Assembly: GCF_009914755.1 (NCBI RefSeq)
Contig: NC_060926.1
Strand: one strand, 5' to 3'
Origin: the human T2T-CHM13v2.0 reference genome, Homo sapiens
DNA: 64,000 nucleotides
The translations under genes and the position numbers were made by a program. Positions 1 to 13,848 of this stretch are shown piece after piece (the first letter of the stretch is position 1; each line of letters starts with the position of its first letter). The notes beneath the pieces were generated by a model. That model was given only the letters and a program-made list of their open reading frames with translations. It searched no databases and had not been told where the DNA came from.

Positions 1-163
1 CAGAAAGCTCTACAAAATGTGAGTGACCCCAACAGAATCTCCCTTCAGCTAAGCGGTTGATCTCTCAAGTAGGGAGCTTGTGCATGATACTTAGAATGAT
101 TGATTCACTTGCCTCTCTCAAACGTGTGTTTTAACAAGAAAAGCCTTTCCCCAGCTAGAATAA

Positions 164-487
<324 letters not shown>

Positions 488-1959
488 ACATTCTTCTAAT
501 GCGACTCCGAAGGTTGCTTTTCATGCCTGTCATCTTGGAGATTTCATATTTTAGTTGTGCTTTGATGCAACTTCTAAATACGACTTTACTTGAGAGAATT
601 ATCTTCCCTTTCCATGAAAAAGAATAACCACTAAAATGATCATCCAGTGTCCATCAAAGCCTGAAAAATAACCTGAGGGTGATTAAAAATCTACACATCA
701 GAAGTAATCATGTTAAGGAAATAGAAATTCCAATGTTAATGAGAACATTGCCAGGAAAGGGGATATTTACAAATGAAGTGACACTTGAACTAGGAAGCAA
801 ACATTTCCGTTTGGAACGTGAAGTGACAAAGGGACGGAAGTAAAAGCTTAGAATCTGGAGCTTCACAGAAGTTCAATATTCACTGCTCCTTCAGGGAGCT
901 AAAAAGGAAATAGGACTAACTAACTTAGCTCTGAGAAGTTTACTATGAAGAGAGCAAACGGACACTAGAAGTCCTTCTTTGCACAATAGTTTGTAGAGTT
1001 TTAACTTCCACGAACCCTTTTTTGCCAAAGATTTTTAAAAACCCCATGAATTTTTCCACAACTAATGCCCCCACCAACAATAAAAAAGGCTTTCTATAAC
1101 TCAGGACTGGGAAGCGGACAGACATAGTTTTGGCATCTACCGAAGATAAGCCAGCAGCAAGTCCTCTTCCCACTGCCAAGAGAGTGGTTGGTTTTTATGT
1201 TTTCCATCTCGAGGCATGGCCATAAGACAGGCTACTTCTCCCTGTCCCCCTTTTCAGGCCTCATACGTTTCTCCCTTCCTCCATGTAGCAGAGCCAGTGA
1301 AGGTGACAACCTGGGCAGAAGCTCTGGCAGTAGAGGCGGAGGGTGGAGGGGAAGGTGGGCAGAGGCTTGAAGGAGCAACGGAGGGAAGAGAAGCTCCAGA
1401 GGGTGCTCATTGCTGGTTGAAGGGCAGCCCCGAGAGGAAGCTGAGGGCGCTGGAGAAAGACCACCAGGCGCATGGTGTTGGGGGAAGGGGAATGCCATTC
1501 CTGCTGCCTCCCACCCCTCCTGGGGCTCTAGGAAGGGGAAATGATGCACTTGAAATAAAAAATAAAAAATGGCTGGTCATTCTCCAGGGTTCTGGGGGAG
1601 GGGCTTGGCCATCCTTCTCTCCAATCATCAGCAGAGGACTCAATTTTTCCAGGGTGGAAGATGAAGAGGCAAACGGAGCCACAGCTGGGACCAACTGACC
1701 AGCTGACTATTCCACCATCTCCTTTCAAGATAAGGGACATACTCCCCAGTGGCTTCATGAAAGCGATCACAAGGAATAATGCTGAGTGGTAAATCTATAC
1801 CCCTGTCCTGGGAAAACCCGAGAGTAATAATGCTTTGTGACCTGCTTCCCAGGGACCTGATCCAGCTTCAGGAACATCTGCTGGGAGCCAGAGATGAGAG
1901 TTGGTGCGCCCTTTAGTACTGTCCTTCTGCAACATCCATTACCCACTCCCCACTTTTCC

Positions 1960-2200
1960 AGGTGGCAGAGATGTGACATGACCAGATTTGCATTTTCAGA
2001 AGTTTGCTCCAGTGGTGGCATGGAGTTTGGAGTGGAGGAGGCAATATGAGGGCAGGGAGACCAGGTAGAAAGTAGGTACAACCATGCAGTTGAGGCTGGG
2101 GACCTCAGGTCAGTGGCAGGGGCATGAAATGGAGGTGAAAACTGGAGAGATGTTGGGTGACAATGTATTAAGTCTTGGTGCCAGGAAGAGATGGTAATAA
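1960..2200 (-). mobile_element. L2 fragment
   Basis: gtgacatgaccagatttgcattttcagaag resembles reverse L2. Confidence 0.5.
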
Positions 2201-2482
2201 AGAGACTCAAGACCCCTTGATCCACCAAGAACATCTCTGCCAAGTGCCAAGCGTTGCTCACTCTGGTGGGGAAACTGCACATTCACAGGGGGGTGACTGT
2301 GGTTTCTTGCCTTGGAGATGGCAATAATCAGGAAAGAGTTTACACGTGACGTGCATTCTAAATGGAAGAAACAAAGAGCATGGGTACGCCGCGGTCCTTT
2401 TACCTCCAGGCTTCTTTCAGTGCCATAACCTTTAGAATGGTCCTGAGCCCTCACAACCCTTCCTGGATCTGAGTTCAGCTAA

Positions 2483-2888
<406 letters not shown>

Positions 2889-3249
2889 TGCTTTTATTGC
2901 ATTATACACTGTATGTATTGGAAGTGAAAATAATTTCACATTTGCATCCTCATAGCTCTCACTCAAATGTTTGCAAGGTTAATTGTGAATGAACTTGTCG
3001 GGAAACACTATGCTACCAGGTTAAATACAACAACCGTTTTGTTCAGTTCGGTTTAAAAAGTCTTTGGAGGGGACAATGTCTGGTCCAGTTAATAAAAGTC
3101 TCTGGTAGGAGGCAGTTTGAAAAGGTTTGGAAAACAAGCACTAAGTAGCAAGATGAAGATGAACCAGGGACCCGAAGGGAGCAGCTGTCTAGAAGGCTTG
3201 ATATAGAGAAGTCAGTTGCTCTTATGGCTATGGCCAGACACCCCTGGCC

Positions 3250-3460
3250 TTGAACCTTGGCTCTAACCTTGGCTAACTTAGTGGCAACGACCTGGGACAA
3301 GTTCCTGACCTTCCTGGGGCCTCACTTTCTTACCTATAAATGCAGTAACACCTATATTTGGGTGGTTGAAGAATTACATTAACTTCAATGGAAATACATA
3401 TATAGCTCCTAGCACAGTGCCTGGCATAGAATAAACCTTCAAAAATAAGTTTCATGAACA
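3250..3460 (+). mobile_element. MIR
   Basis: Core gacctgggacaagtt...gggcctcactttcttacctataaa...cctagcacagtgcctggcatag. Confidence 0.6.
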
Positions 3461-4742
3461 ATAATGACTCTATTTTTGATGTGTCCTTACCTCTTAGGCC
3501 AGTGACATGATACCTGAGTTGGGGTCGTTGTTCTTTGGAATTCTCCAGTTCTCAGCACACAGAGAAACAAAGCCCTGAGCCCAATCCCTTGGAAAAGCCC
3601 TCGGAAGTCTCAGGACACTTTGTGTTTGGGTTTTGGCAGAGGTGAGGGGCCGGGATTCTCAAACCCCTAAGGAATCCAATGGCTTGAAGTTATTTAAAAC
3701 CACAGGGGCAGGTCCGTTTGACATTGCCTGGGGCTGTTTTTCAGGCACCTGGGAAGACAGTTGCCTGAGTAGATGGAAACTAACTAAAACAAAGATGAAG
3801 GGAGATGAAGTATATTCTGGAGAAAACATGGCCAGATGTACCTTTTACATAGAAAAGTGCCATCTTATCCTTTCCATCATCACCTGAGTGAGGGGAGGTG
3901 GGGTTGTCCGTAAAGAAGGGTTGGTGTGCTTGGGGTCTGGAACTAGGCATCAAAGATAAAGCTCTACCCTGGTAGATGGGGCTCACTCTGATTCTGGGGC
4001 CTGGTGCTGATACCCAGACCGAACATCCCCAGGACAGAAGTGCAGTGGCAGCCAGGTGAGATCTCTTGCAAGCCCTGTCCCCTCTGAGCAGCCAGCATTC
4101 TAACTCAATCCTAGGAAAGCCCAGCAGTCTTCTGATTTATAGCTGAGTCCTGTTAGCCTCCAAGGGAGGGTCTGGAGCAATGGAGGGTCCCTGGGCCCTT
4201 CCTGAGAGATGGTGTCCCAGCAGCCACCAGACATGCTCATCACCTGTCCTGCCTGCACTGTTGGCCACATTCACATTCTTACAGCTGTCAACCTCTCTTT
4301 GTCTCAGTCTTTTGTCTCTGGTCTTAGAAGCACACAAATAAAAAAGTTGTGTTAATCTCAGAAAATACAGAGAAGCAAAAAGAAGAAAAAAATCACTCAC
4401 AGTCTCACCATCCAGAGATAAACAGAATCGACATTACTTCCAGCAATCAAATAATACAAAACAACAATTTAAAAATCATGCCAGGAAAACTTTCTTCAAA
4501 GGCCCTTATTTTAACTGTTTGAATACTTTTTTGTAGTTCTTGGTCTCTTTATGGTTTTTCTAGGTGCTTCTCACTTTATGAAGTCCAATACTGAACATGA
4601 AATACTGGAAGGGCTTTGATTAGCATAGGCAGAGTTCTCAAGCTTTTCTTTGGGTTTGTATCTCTCTACTGATGATACTTCTAGGAATGCCTCCCAGGAA
4701 CAAGCTTACTTTGGGAACTTATATTCAGCTTGTTGTTCTCTA

Positions 4743-4922
<180 letters not shown>

Positions 4923-5392
4923 TCAGGCCTGGGGTATGGGGACTGCTTGTGGGGGAGGAGGACACTGGCAGTGGTTAGACCTGGGAGTGGGCAGAGGGAC
5001 AGAATCATGGTCTTTAAACACTCAAGCACTGCCAAGAATAGTGAGGATTAGTTGTCTTCAGAGGCCTCAACACAGAGAACTAATCAAAGGCAGAAGTAAC
5101 AGAGAGACAGACATGGGGTCAATAGGTTCAAATATGGGGTGGGCAGGTCTGTGGCTTCCTTGGGCTGGGAGGTATTCAAGGACCTGAGAACAGGCCTGCA
5201 GCTGCTGTGCTCTGCTTTTGCAGGGAGAGAGGTGAGAAAAACACCCAAGGAAAAGCAGAAAAGGGTAAGGTTAGGTTAGGAAGAAGCCGTCCATGAGCCC
5301 TGATTCTTCCCTACCCAAATTCCAATCATGGCAAGCCAGGTCCTGCCTGACAGGGTGGGGGCAGCTGGGGTTGCAGGGCTCCCGTCCACTCA

Positions 5393-5584
<192 letters not shown>

Positions 5585-5829
5585 TTACTCTGGCATCCAG
5601 AAAGCTGAGAGTTAAATTCGAGGTTTACTTAGTTGCTACCGCTTAGAATATTATGGCCTGAATAACTGCAGTGTTTTTCTACCTAATCCCGATCTTGGAT
5701 TTGAATGGCCATTATGTCTGGTCTTGCCTTTTTATTTTAATTGAATGCTCTTTTATTGTATACCACTTACTTAGGCACTGAATATCTCTTATGGAAGAAG
5801 GTAGGGAATAAAGAATCCATACTTTTGCA

Positions 5830-6030
5830 CCTCTCAATAAATAGCTACCATTTGTTGGGTGGATACTCTCTGTTCCAGGCACAACACCAGGACTTTACAT
5901 GACTATCTCTAGTCCTTAGAGCTGTGCCCTGCCAAGATGGGCGTTATTCTCATGTCACAGGTACAGAAACGAAGGCTTAGGAAGTAACTTATCCATATCA
6001 AACAGCTGATGGAATTCAGAACCTAATGCA
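5830..6030 (-). mobile_element. MIR
   Basis: aataatagctaccatttg...cacaggtacagaaacgaaggcttag. Confidence 0.55.
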
Positions 6031-6379
6031 TTGGTGTGTATTCATCTAATGAGATGCAGACATGTGGATTCCGAACAGCCACCCAAGGATGCTGGGTTTG
6101 GTCCTTAGCCAGCAGCTGTACTCTCTCCATTTAAGAAGGTGAAGGGCACGGCTGGAATTGGCATGGGGGCAAGAGGGTGGGGGAGAGAGCCTGAGGGCCA
6201 GTAGGCCACAGAGGGGATGCTGGGGGAGGGCAGCCGGGAGCCCCGATGGTGGGCCCGTGATGGAGAAGATGGCCCCCTCCCAGCTCCCCTGTCCTCTCCA
6301 TTTCTCCCCTTGTCTTCCTCCAGGCCTCCCGCCTCCTCTGCAGCAGCTGTCTTCCCCTCTCCAGTCGCTCCTCCGGGAG

Positions 6380-7100
<721 letters not shown>

Positions 7101-8507
7101 TTGGGAGCCAGGAGGGGGAATCAGGGCAGTGAGAGACCCCTCCACTTCCGCCTTTGCCATCCTTTCACACACGGAGGAGAGGGATGGGGTCCCCAGCAAG
7201 CAGGGAACGTGGTCTTGAGCCGGAAAGAGCCGTTTTAACTGGAGCTCCTCTGGGTCTTGGACTTTTCAGTCTGATCCCAGCCCCTCAGTCTAGTCTCCTC
7301 AGAGCTCCGAGCCCTGCCAGTGTCCCCACGCTCATCCTCCCCGGCTCAGCTGGTTGGAGAGAAAGCCCGAGGACTGGAGACAGAGCATCAGAACGGCGGG
7401 GCAGGGACCAGAGAGGACTCAGGGGCAGAGGCCAATGAGGAGATGGGAGATGTGGTTGAAACGAGCTGTTCAGTTCTCAGATGGCCCTGGTGCTCAAAGC
7501 CTGACTTGTCTTTCTCCAACCTCTCCGTGTTCTGGGATGCTCCTTGGTCCCCATGAAAAAGGGGGAGATAGGCCCTTTCCCATCTATCTTCGGTCCTGGA
7601 TTTTGCCCCTTCTACCTGTCCCCTCTCACTGCCGAATTCCCCTTTCCCCCAACCCCAGGAACTTATGGCAGGCTCCATAGTTCCTACCTCTTCCTCTGGC
7701 TTGCTGCGACCTTGTGCCCCCAGGTGAAGGGCCTTGCAGTCAGCGGGGCTGAGGAAAAGGGGCAGGGGTCCTCACTGTCCTTCAGTGATGTCCCTGCAGC
7801 CGAGCCTGTGGTTCCCTGGCACCAGGAAGCCCCAGGAGCAGGATCAGCAGAGGGTAAAGTGCAGTGTTCCATTACCCCATCCATATTGCATGAGGGGATA
7901 CCTGACTCTCTCCACTTCCCATTCTCCCTCCTCCTGGGTATGGCCCCATCATCCTGTAGGTCCAGGTGGAGCCAGGTGTAGGCTCCAACCTGGAGCTCGC
8001 TTACAGCAGAGTCCACCCTTTTTGGGTCACACATCTCCCTGTGGAGGCTTGACTATGGTTTCTAAGACCCCAGATCCTTGTTCTTTATGCTGGGCAATAG
8101 GAGGTTGGGGAAAACCTTTCTGTCCTCAGGCAGATGACCTAGAAACCTCAAGCCCCTCTCCTCAGGATTGTGGGGCCAATCTTATTCCCCAAACCTGGCC
8201 CTATCCCAACCCCAGGACCTTTCTTTACTGTTCATATGCAGGACAAAGCACGTTCATATCCCAGTGAGGGAGCAATTGAGAATCACCCTTTTCACGTGGC
8301 AGCAGCTCACAATTTAGGGAACATTAGCATGTTCTTTGAATTCCTAAAAAGGAATGGAAGAAGGCTGATGTGTCTGCACTCTTCAGTAGCATACCATCTG
8401 AAATACGACAATGAGAAGAAAGGGAAAGAAAGAGGCTCTAAAATCAAAGCTGATGCCTTTGGAATTATTTTTAAAAGCTTCCTCCCTTCTGATGGGGGAG
8501 GTGAGTT

Positions 8508-8539
<32 letters not shown>

Positions 8540-8555
8540 ACACACACACACATAC
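8508..8555. repeat. (CA)n microsatellite
   Basis: About 22 CA units with one interruption. Confidence 0.95.
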
Positions 8556-9816
8556 AGGCCAAAAAGAGACTACATAGGGCCAAAGGCCTTTCTAGATGTC
8601 TGCAATGTCTGCAGATGTCTGCTCATTTCATCTTCCTGGCAATCCTCTGAGGGCCACATACTTCTCCTCATTCAACCAATAAAAAGACTGAGGCTCAGAG
8701 AGGGGACAATAATCGCGAGGTCACACGGTGAGTGGCAGAACTGGGATTGAAGCAGAAAGCTCCTGTGTTCTAGGCCAGCAATATTTTTACTGCATCTCAG
8801 GTCCTTTGCCTCGATGCCGTAGGACTGCACTTTTCTGTGGGCAAGAATCCCATCCATTCCTGACCATTTGGGATTTTAGCTAAAAGGCCCCAGGGCTGGC
8901 ACCCATAGGTACAGGTATGGTCTGTGTGCCAGCATAGTTTACAGATCAGGATGCTGTCATCTGTGGAATCTCACAGATCATACCCATGTTTACAAAGAAG
9001 GGGCTCATTCAAAAAGAACCTGAGCACCCAAACATTTGGGAAGGGACTGCTGTGCATGTTAAATTGCTGGTGACATAACATTGAACAGATCAATGAACCC
9101 ACCAGAAATAATCGTGTGATGGTGGGGAAAGGACCACCCTGGCTGGCTTGCCCTGAAGCATCCTGTGGGATTTTGCCCCACCTGCTGGCCCCAAGGACAG
9201 GGGTGCTGGCTGTCCTGACCCCTGCCATAGGCCCAGCTTCAGAAGTGTAGTTTTTGTGGGCCTCCTCGTGGGTCACTTCCTGTCTCAGTGCTTGGGATTC
9301 CTTTTTGCCCAGCCGTGCTGCTCAACTATGTCTCTCCTGAATTACCCAGGAGTCTCCTGCAGGGCTCAGCGTTTGACTTTGCACCATTACTTCTTGGCCA
9401 TTCCTAGGCTGTGTTATTCTTGGAGTCCTTGGCCCTTCCGCATGTGTGACCTACATAGTTAGCCTTTGCCATTGCAGCCTGCTCCAGCCACAGACTTCCC
9501 TCTCCCCTGCCCCTTCCCCACTTCCCCAGAGGGGAAGTGCTCTGAGATGGTAGGTTAGAAGCAGGCCCTGCCTGGAGAAGCCGGCTGCCCGGCCTGCTGG
9601 GATGGGATCTGGCCCTGCTGCCTGAGTCCCGGGGGGAGTGCAAGGTAGCAAGAAATAGTGGCTTTCAGAGGCTGGTCCCATGGACTCACCCAGGTGGAAA
9701 AGGACCTGAGGCATCCCTGGGGCACTTATGGCCCTTGAATTTGAAAGTCACTTTATTTCTTAACACAAACAGATTTGAAAGAAATGATTGAGGCTTTAAA
9801 AAACTATACTTGTCCT

Positions 9817-10104
9817 GGTCCGGTGCGGTGACTCACACCTGTAATCCCAGCACTTTGGGAGGCCGAGGCAGGTGGATCACTTGAGGTCAGGAGTTCAAGA
9901 CCAGCCTGGTCAACATGGTGAAACCCCGTCTCTACTAAAATTAGCTGGGTGTGGTGGCACATGCCTGTAATCCCAGTTACTCGGGAGGCTGAGGCAGGAG
10001 AATCGCTTGAACTAGGAGGCGGAGGTTGCAGTGAGCCAAGATCGCACCACTGCACTCCAGCCTGGGCGACAGAGTGAGACTCTGTCTCAAACAAACACAC
10101 AAAC
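9817..10104 (+). mobile_element. Alu SINE (AluS-like)
   Basis: Full dimer; 17-bp TSD AAAAACTATACTTGTCC at 9799-9815 and 10105-10121. Confidence 0.95.
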
Positions 10105-11759
10105 AAAAACTATACTTGTCCAACTATCTCTACTACACCTTGAAGCAATTGAAAGGAGAAATCTCTCCCTTCCAACCCTGCATAGTTTTAGCTGTCTGAA
10201 GTGGTAGTACTGGTAGCACTCCTGTGTGCCTGGGAATATCTCAAAAGGATATTGTCTTTGTCCCTTTATTAAAAATGCAGAAATGTGTAGTGAAGGATGT
10301 AATTTCCAGAATTCTTACTACAGGCTCTGTACCTCTGATTCTCCTAGACTTGCTCTTCAATGAATCTGAATTGTGATCAGTACAGCATGATGTCATCACT
10401 GCCACTAGCCTTTGTAATTTTCTGATCAGTAACACATCAGAAGTTCACTATAGAAAAAGCCTTTCTGCCTGATTGCAGCACCAGTTCCCAGAAAGCAGTA
10501 TGCCTACTTCTCTTGGCAAACTGTAAAGGAGAGTTTTGAAATAAATGTCAACTTAATCAGGGAATTTTGAAGATTATCTATTTGTCTGAAAGACTTAGAT
10601 TTCAAAAAATGTAATTTGCTGTTGAGGTGTCCGTTGTCCTGGCCTTTTTTTGTTTTCAAAGTAAAATTCTGCATTTGGTCTAGTTGAGTTCTACAATTAC
10701 CAAAAACAGGATATGGTGAGAAACAGACAAAGAAAACAAGCCAATAATCAAGTCAGTGAAAACTCACTTTACAATCAAATGGCTCCTTATTCTTGGGCGT
10801 ATTAAAGCTTGAGAAGTGAGAGCCAAGGGGAGGCCAGTATCCCAGGACCCTCTGAGGATTTAGAATCCGTTTGAGTTTCCTGTGGCTACATTCACCATGG
10901 TCAGAATGAAATGCACCTACAATCTAGACTGGTATTTATCTCTAGAGGAAAAAAATGCTAAAATTAGTTCACTTATTGTAAACTATAAATCTGATGATTT
11001 CTCCGCTCATTTTATGGCCCAGATTTAGAAGCGTGTTGCTGTGTGGTGCACACAGGGTCCTAGGTAGAGCTTAGTATTCATAATGACTTGGGAACATTCA
11101 CCAAACTAAATTTAGTGACCCGAGTGTTTCATTAATTCAGGTCTCTGGATTATTCTGAAAGCTAATAGAGACCTGACCATAAATGAGCTGCAGGTCGAGT
11201 CCATTCACTGCCCAGGGCTTCTGCCCCATGACTGGCTTCAACTGGAACTACTAGGCTCATTAGCTCAGGCCTCAGGTAATCAATCAGGATAAAGACTCCT
11301 GTCTATGAGAAATAGGGACTGTGGTCCTTCTTTGCATTGCTCAAACAGCCCAATTTTCAAAACCTCGGAGCATGTTATCCAAGCGCCCCTAAATGGGTTT
11401 ATTTTAAAAATTTTCCATGCCCCAAGGCACAGGGAATTTCATAATTTCGGTCTTTACAGGTGTCTTTGAAAGTGTGTTGAATGTCAGTTAGTTTTTGAAT
11501 AGCTTTCCATAGGTGGGCAGGATAGGCTGACCCTTTATACAAGAACCACCCTGTCTCCAAACTGGCCCGTTTGCACATGTGCCCACGTTGTACCAGAAGG
11601 CTTGGGGGACCCACACACACTTGTCCTGACCCCAGGATTGTCAGGGAAGCTGGCTCTTCAGTTCTTGCTGGCGGCCCAGCCCTTTGCAAGGCTCAAGCAA
11701 GCAGCATCATGGAAGATGATGGGTGTTTTCTCATCTCCCCAAACCAGCCTATCCCAGAA

Positions 11760-12010
11760 TGTCACACACTATGAGTTCTTTCGTGGGTTGAATCTTGTTT
11801 CTCTACTTCAACTTAACTTCAACTTAAATTTATTTCCATTTATCTCTTCTCAGTGGAGATAGATACCAACCAGCTTTGCCACACATTAACATTTCAGAGA
11901 TTGAAATCTGTCTCCACAGTTTTCTCTCCTCCAGGCTAAAGAGTTTAAATTTGTTCAATCTCTTCTTAGAAATCTCATTTTCCTATTCTTTCAATAGTCC
12001 TATTGCTCTA
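11760..12010 (-). mobile_element. Probable L3/CR1 fragment
   Basis: ttctctcctccaggctaaa...ttcaatctcttct resembles the reverse CR1 3' region. Confidence 0.4.
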
Positions 12011-13803
12011 CACATAATAATAATAACAATACTATATGCCAGTTTACTTTATCTCATGTGCTAATTAGAGATGGTAAGAAATTAGGACAGAGAAGTGCTA
12101 GGAAACCAGTATTTTGGTGGACCTACTATGTGCTGGCACTGTGAGGTACCTCTTACTCCAACTGTAGCCAGTCAAAGGGATCAGGCCAGTCTGTGTCCCT
12201 GTGGGTCTGGCCTGGGACAGACTGGGAAGCTGGGCATCAAGAAGGGCCTTAGAGCATCGCTGATCTCAGGCAGAGAAGCTGGGGATGGACAGGCTGCTTG
12301 TATCTCATTCATATGCCCTTTACATCTAAGCATCTATGGAGAAACCTGAACCCTTGAGGACTCCCTAAGAGGACTCCCCAGCTCAGCATTCCCCATCATC
12401 GCCACCCACCCTGGATTCAGTTCCCTGGCTCTGAGCCTTGACACATGCTCTGCCTACGTGTCTTCCCTTACTGGGAACCTGGCAAACTCCTCCATCCTTC
12501 AGGTCTCTGGGCTGGAGCTCTTCCTACACAGCGCCATTTCCTCCATCACTACAGAGTTAACACTGCATCATCATTGCTTTTGCTTGTGCGTAACAAATGC
12601 GAGTTAGAACTCATACCTTTTTTTGAAGCAATGAATGAGGCTGTGAGTTCCCCAGGATCTTAATGCCAGTGGATATCCCAAGCCCACACCAGTGTTGATC
12701 AGTTCAGACCCCTCAACACACAATCCTGATATTTCCATGATATCTTCAGATGAACTAATTCTTAATATATTGAGGCCACAGTTTTGAGCAAATCTCTTAA
12801 GATCTCTGGGGCTCAGGTTGCTTATCTGGAAGATAAAAAAGACCACACTCCTGGCTTTTCAGCTCTCATTGGTATGTTTGGAGAATTAGATTAAATTTAG
12901 ATACAGTCAAGTTCTCTAAATTTCCTGTGTCTATGGTGAGCTCTGGGTCAGAAGTCAGCTTCCCTGTCTTCTGGTTCCAGCTCTGCCCCTGTTCTGAGAC
13001 AGATTTGTCATCTGTAAGAGCAGGTGTTAACCAGAGGCCTCCTCCAGTATGGTCCACCTTGGCTACCACTGCCCTTATGAGATCCCGTAATGCTAGAGTC
13101 CTCCAGATGTCAGTGTGCTTCTAGGGGTGCCTACAAGACCCATTCACAACTCCCAGCCTTCGAATCTTTCCAGACCCTTGTGACCAGCCCCTCCCACCTG
13201 CAGGACCCTTCTCCTGTCCTCTCCAGACAGCACCCTGACCTCATTTTTCCAGGAAGCCTTTTGGGGAGATGAAGATAGAGAGGGCCGCCCAAATGGTGGC
13301 CTCTCCTAAGCTTTCTGGGGGTCTCCAACTCCACCCACGACCTGCAGCTGCAAAGGGTACCCAGAGTTCCTCCTCCTTATGCCTCCAGCTGCCTGGCCCT
13401 ACCTCGCCCCTGTTGGGAGAGGGATCCCTGAGGTCCTCATGCCCCTCTCCCCTTAGCCTTTAGCTGTCCCCTCCCTCCCAGGGAAGCCCGAAGGCCACAG
13501 GATGGGGGCTGAACAGTGGAGGAGGAACAAGACACGGAGAGGAGGATGGTCACCCCCGAGAGCCCAGAGTGGAAACCAGAAGGTCTGGCCACCTCCCCCG
13601 CGACCCTAACCCCTCCTCATCCCTCACCCCCGTGGCCAGGTGAAAAGGCCTCCCTGGGCCTCCATGACCCGTGCCAGCTCTACCACGACAGCCCACTCCT
13701 GAGCCCTCTCAGCCGAGCCCATCCCGCCCTTCACAGCCTGTGGGGAGGAGGCCTCTGTCTCCCCAGAGACGCTGTTGCGTCTGCCCTCGCCTGGGACACC
13801 TAC

Positions 13804-13848
13804 TTGTGCTCGTCATCTCTGCCTCCCTTGGTCTTCTCTCTGCCTTTG
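13804..13848 (-). CDS. OTOF: Alternative 45-nt in-frame cassette exon (junction reads F-R-SKGREKTKGGRDDEHK-A-G)
   Basis: Polypyrimidine tract and acceptor cttccccctactcag|C, donor CAA|gtaggt; phase 2-2, no stop; similar to my recollection of the mouse Otof alternative exon peptide SKGREKTKGGRDGEH. Confidence 0.85.
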
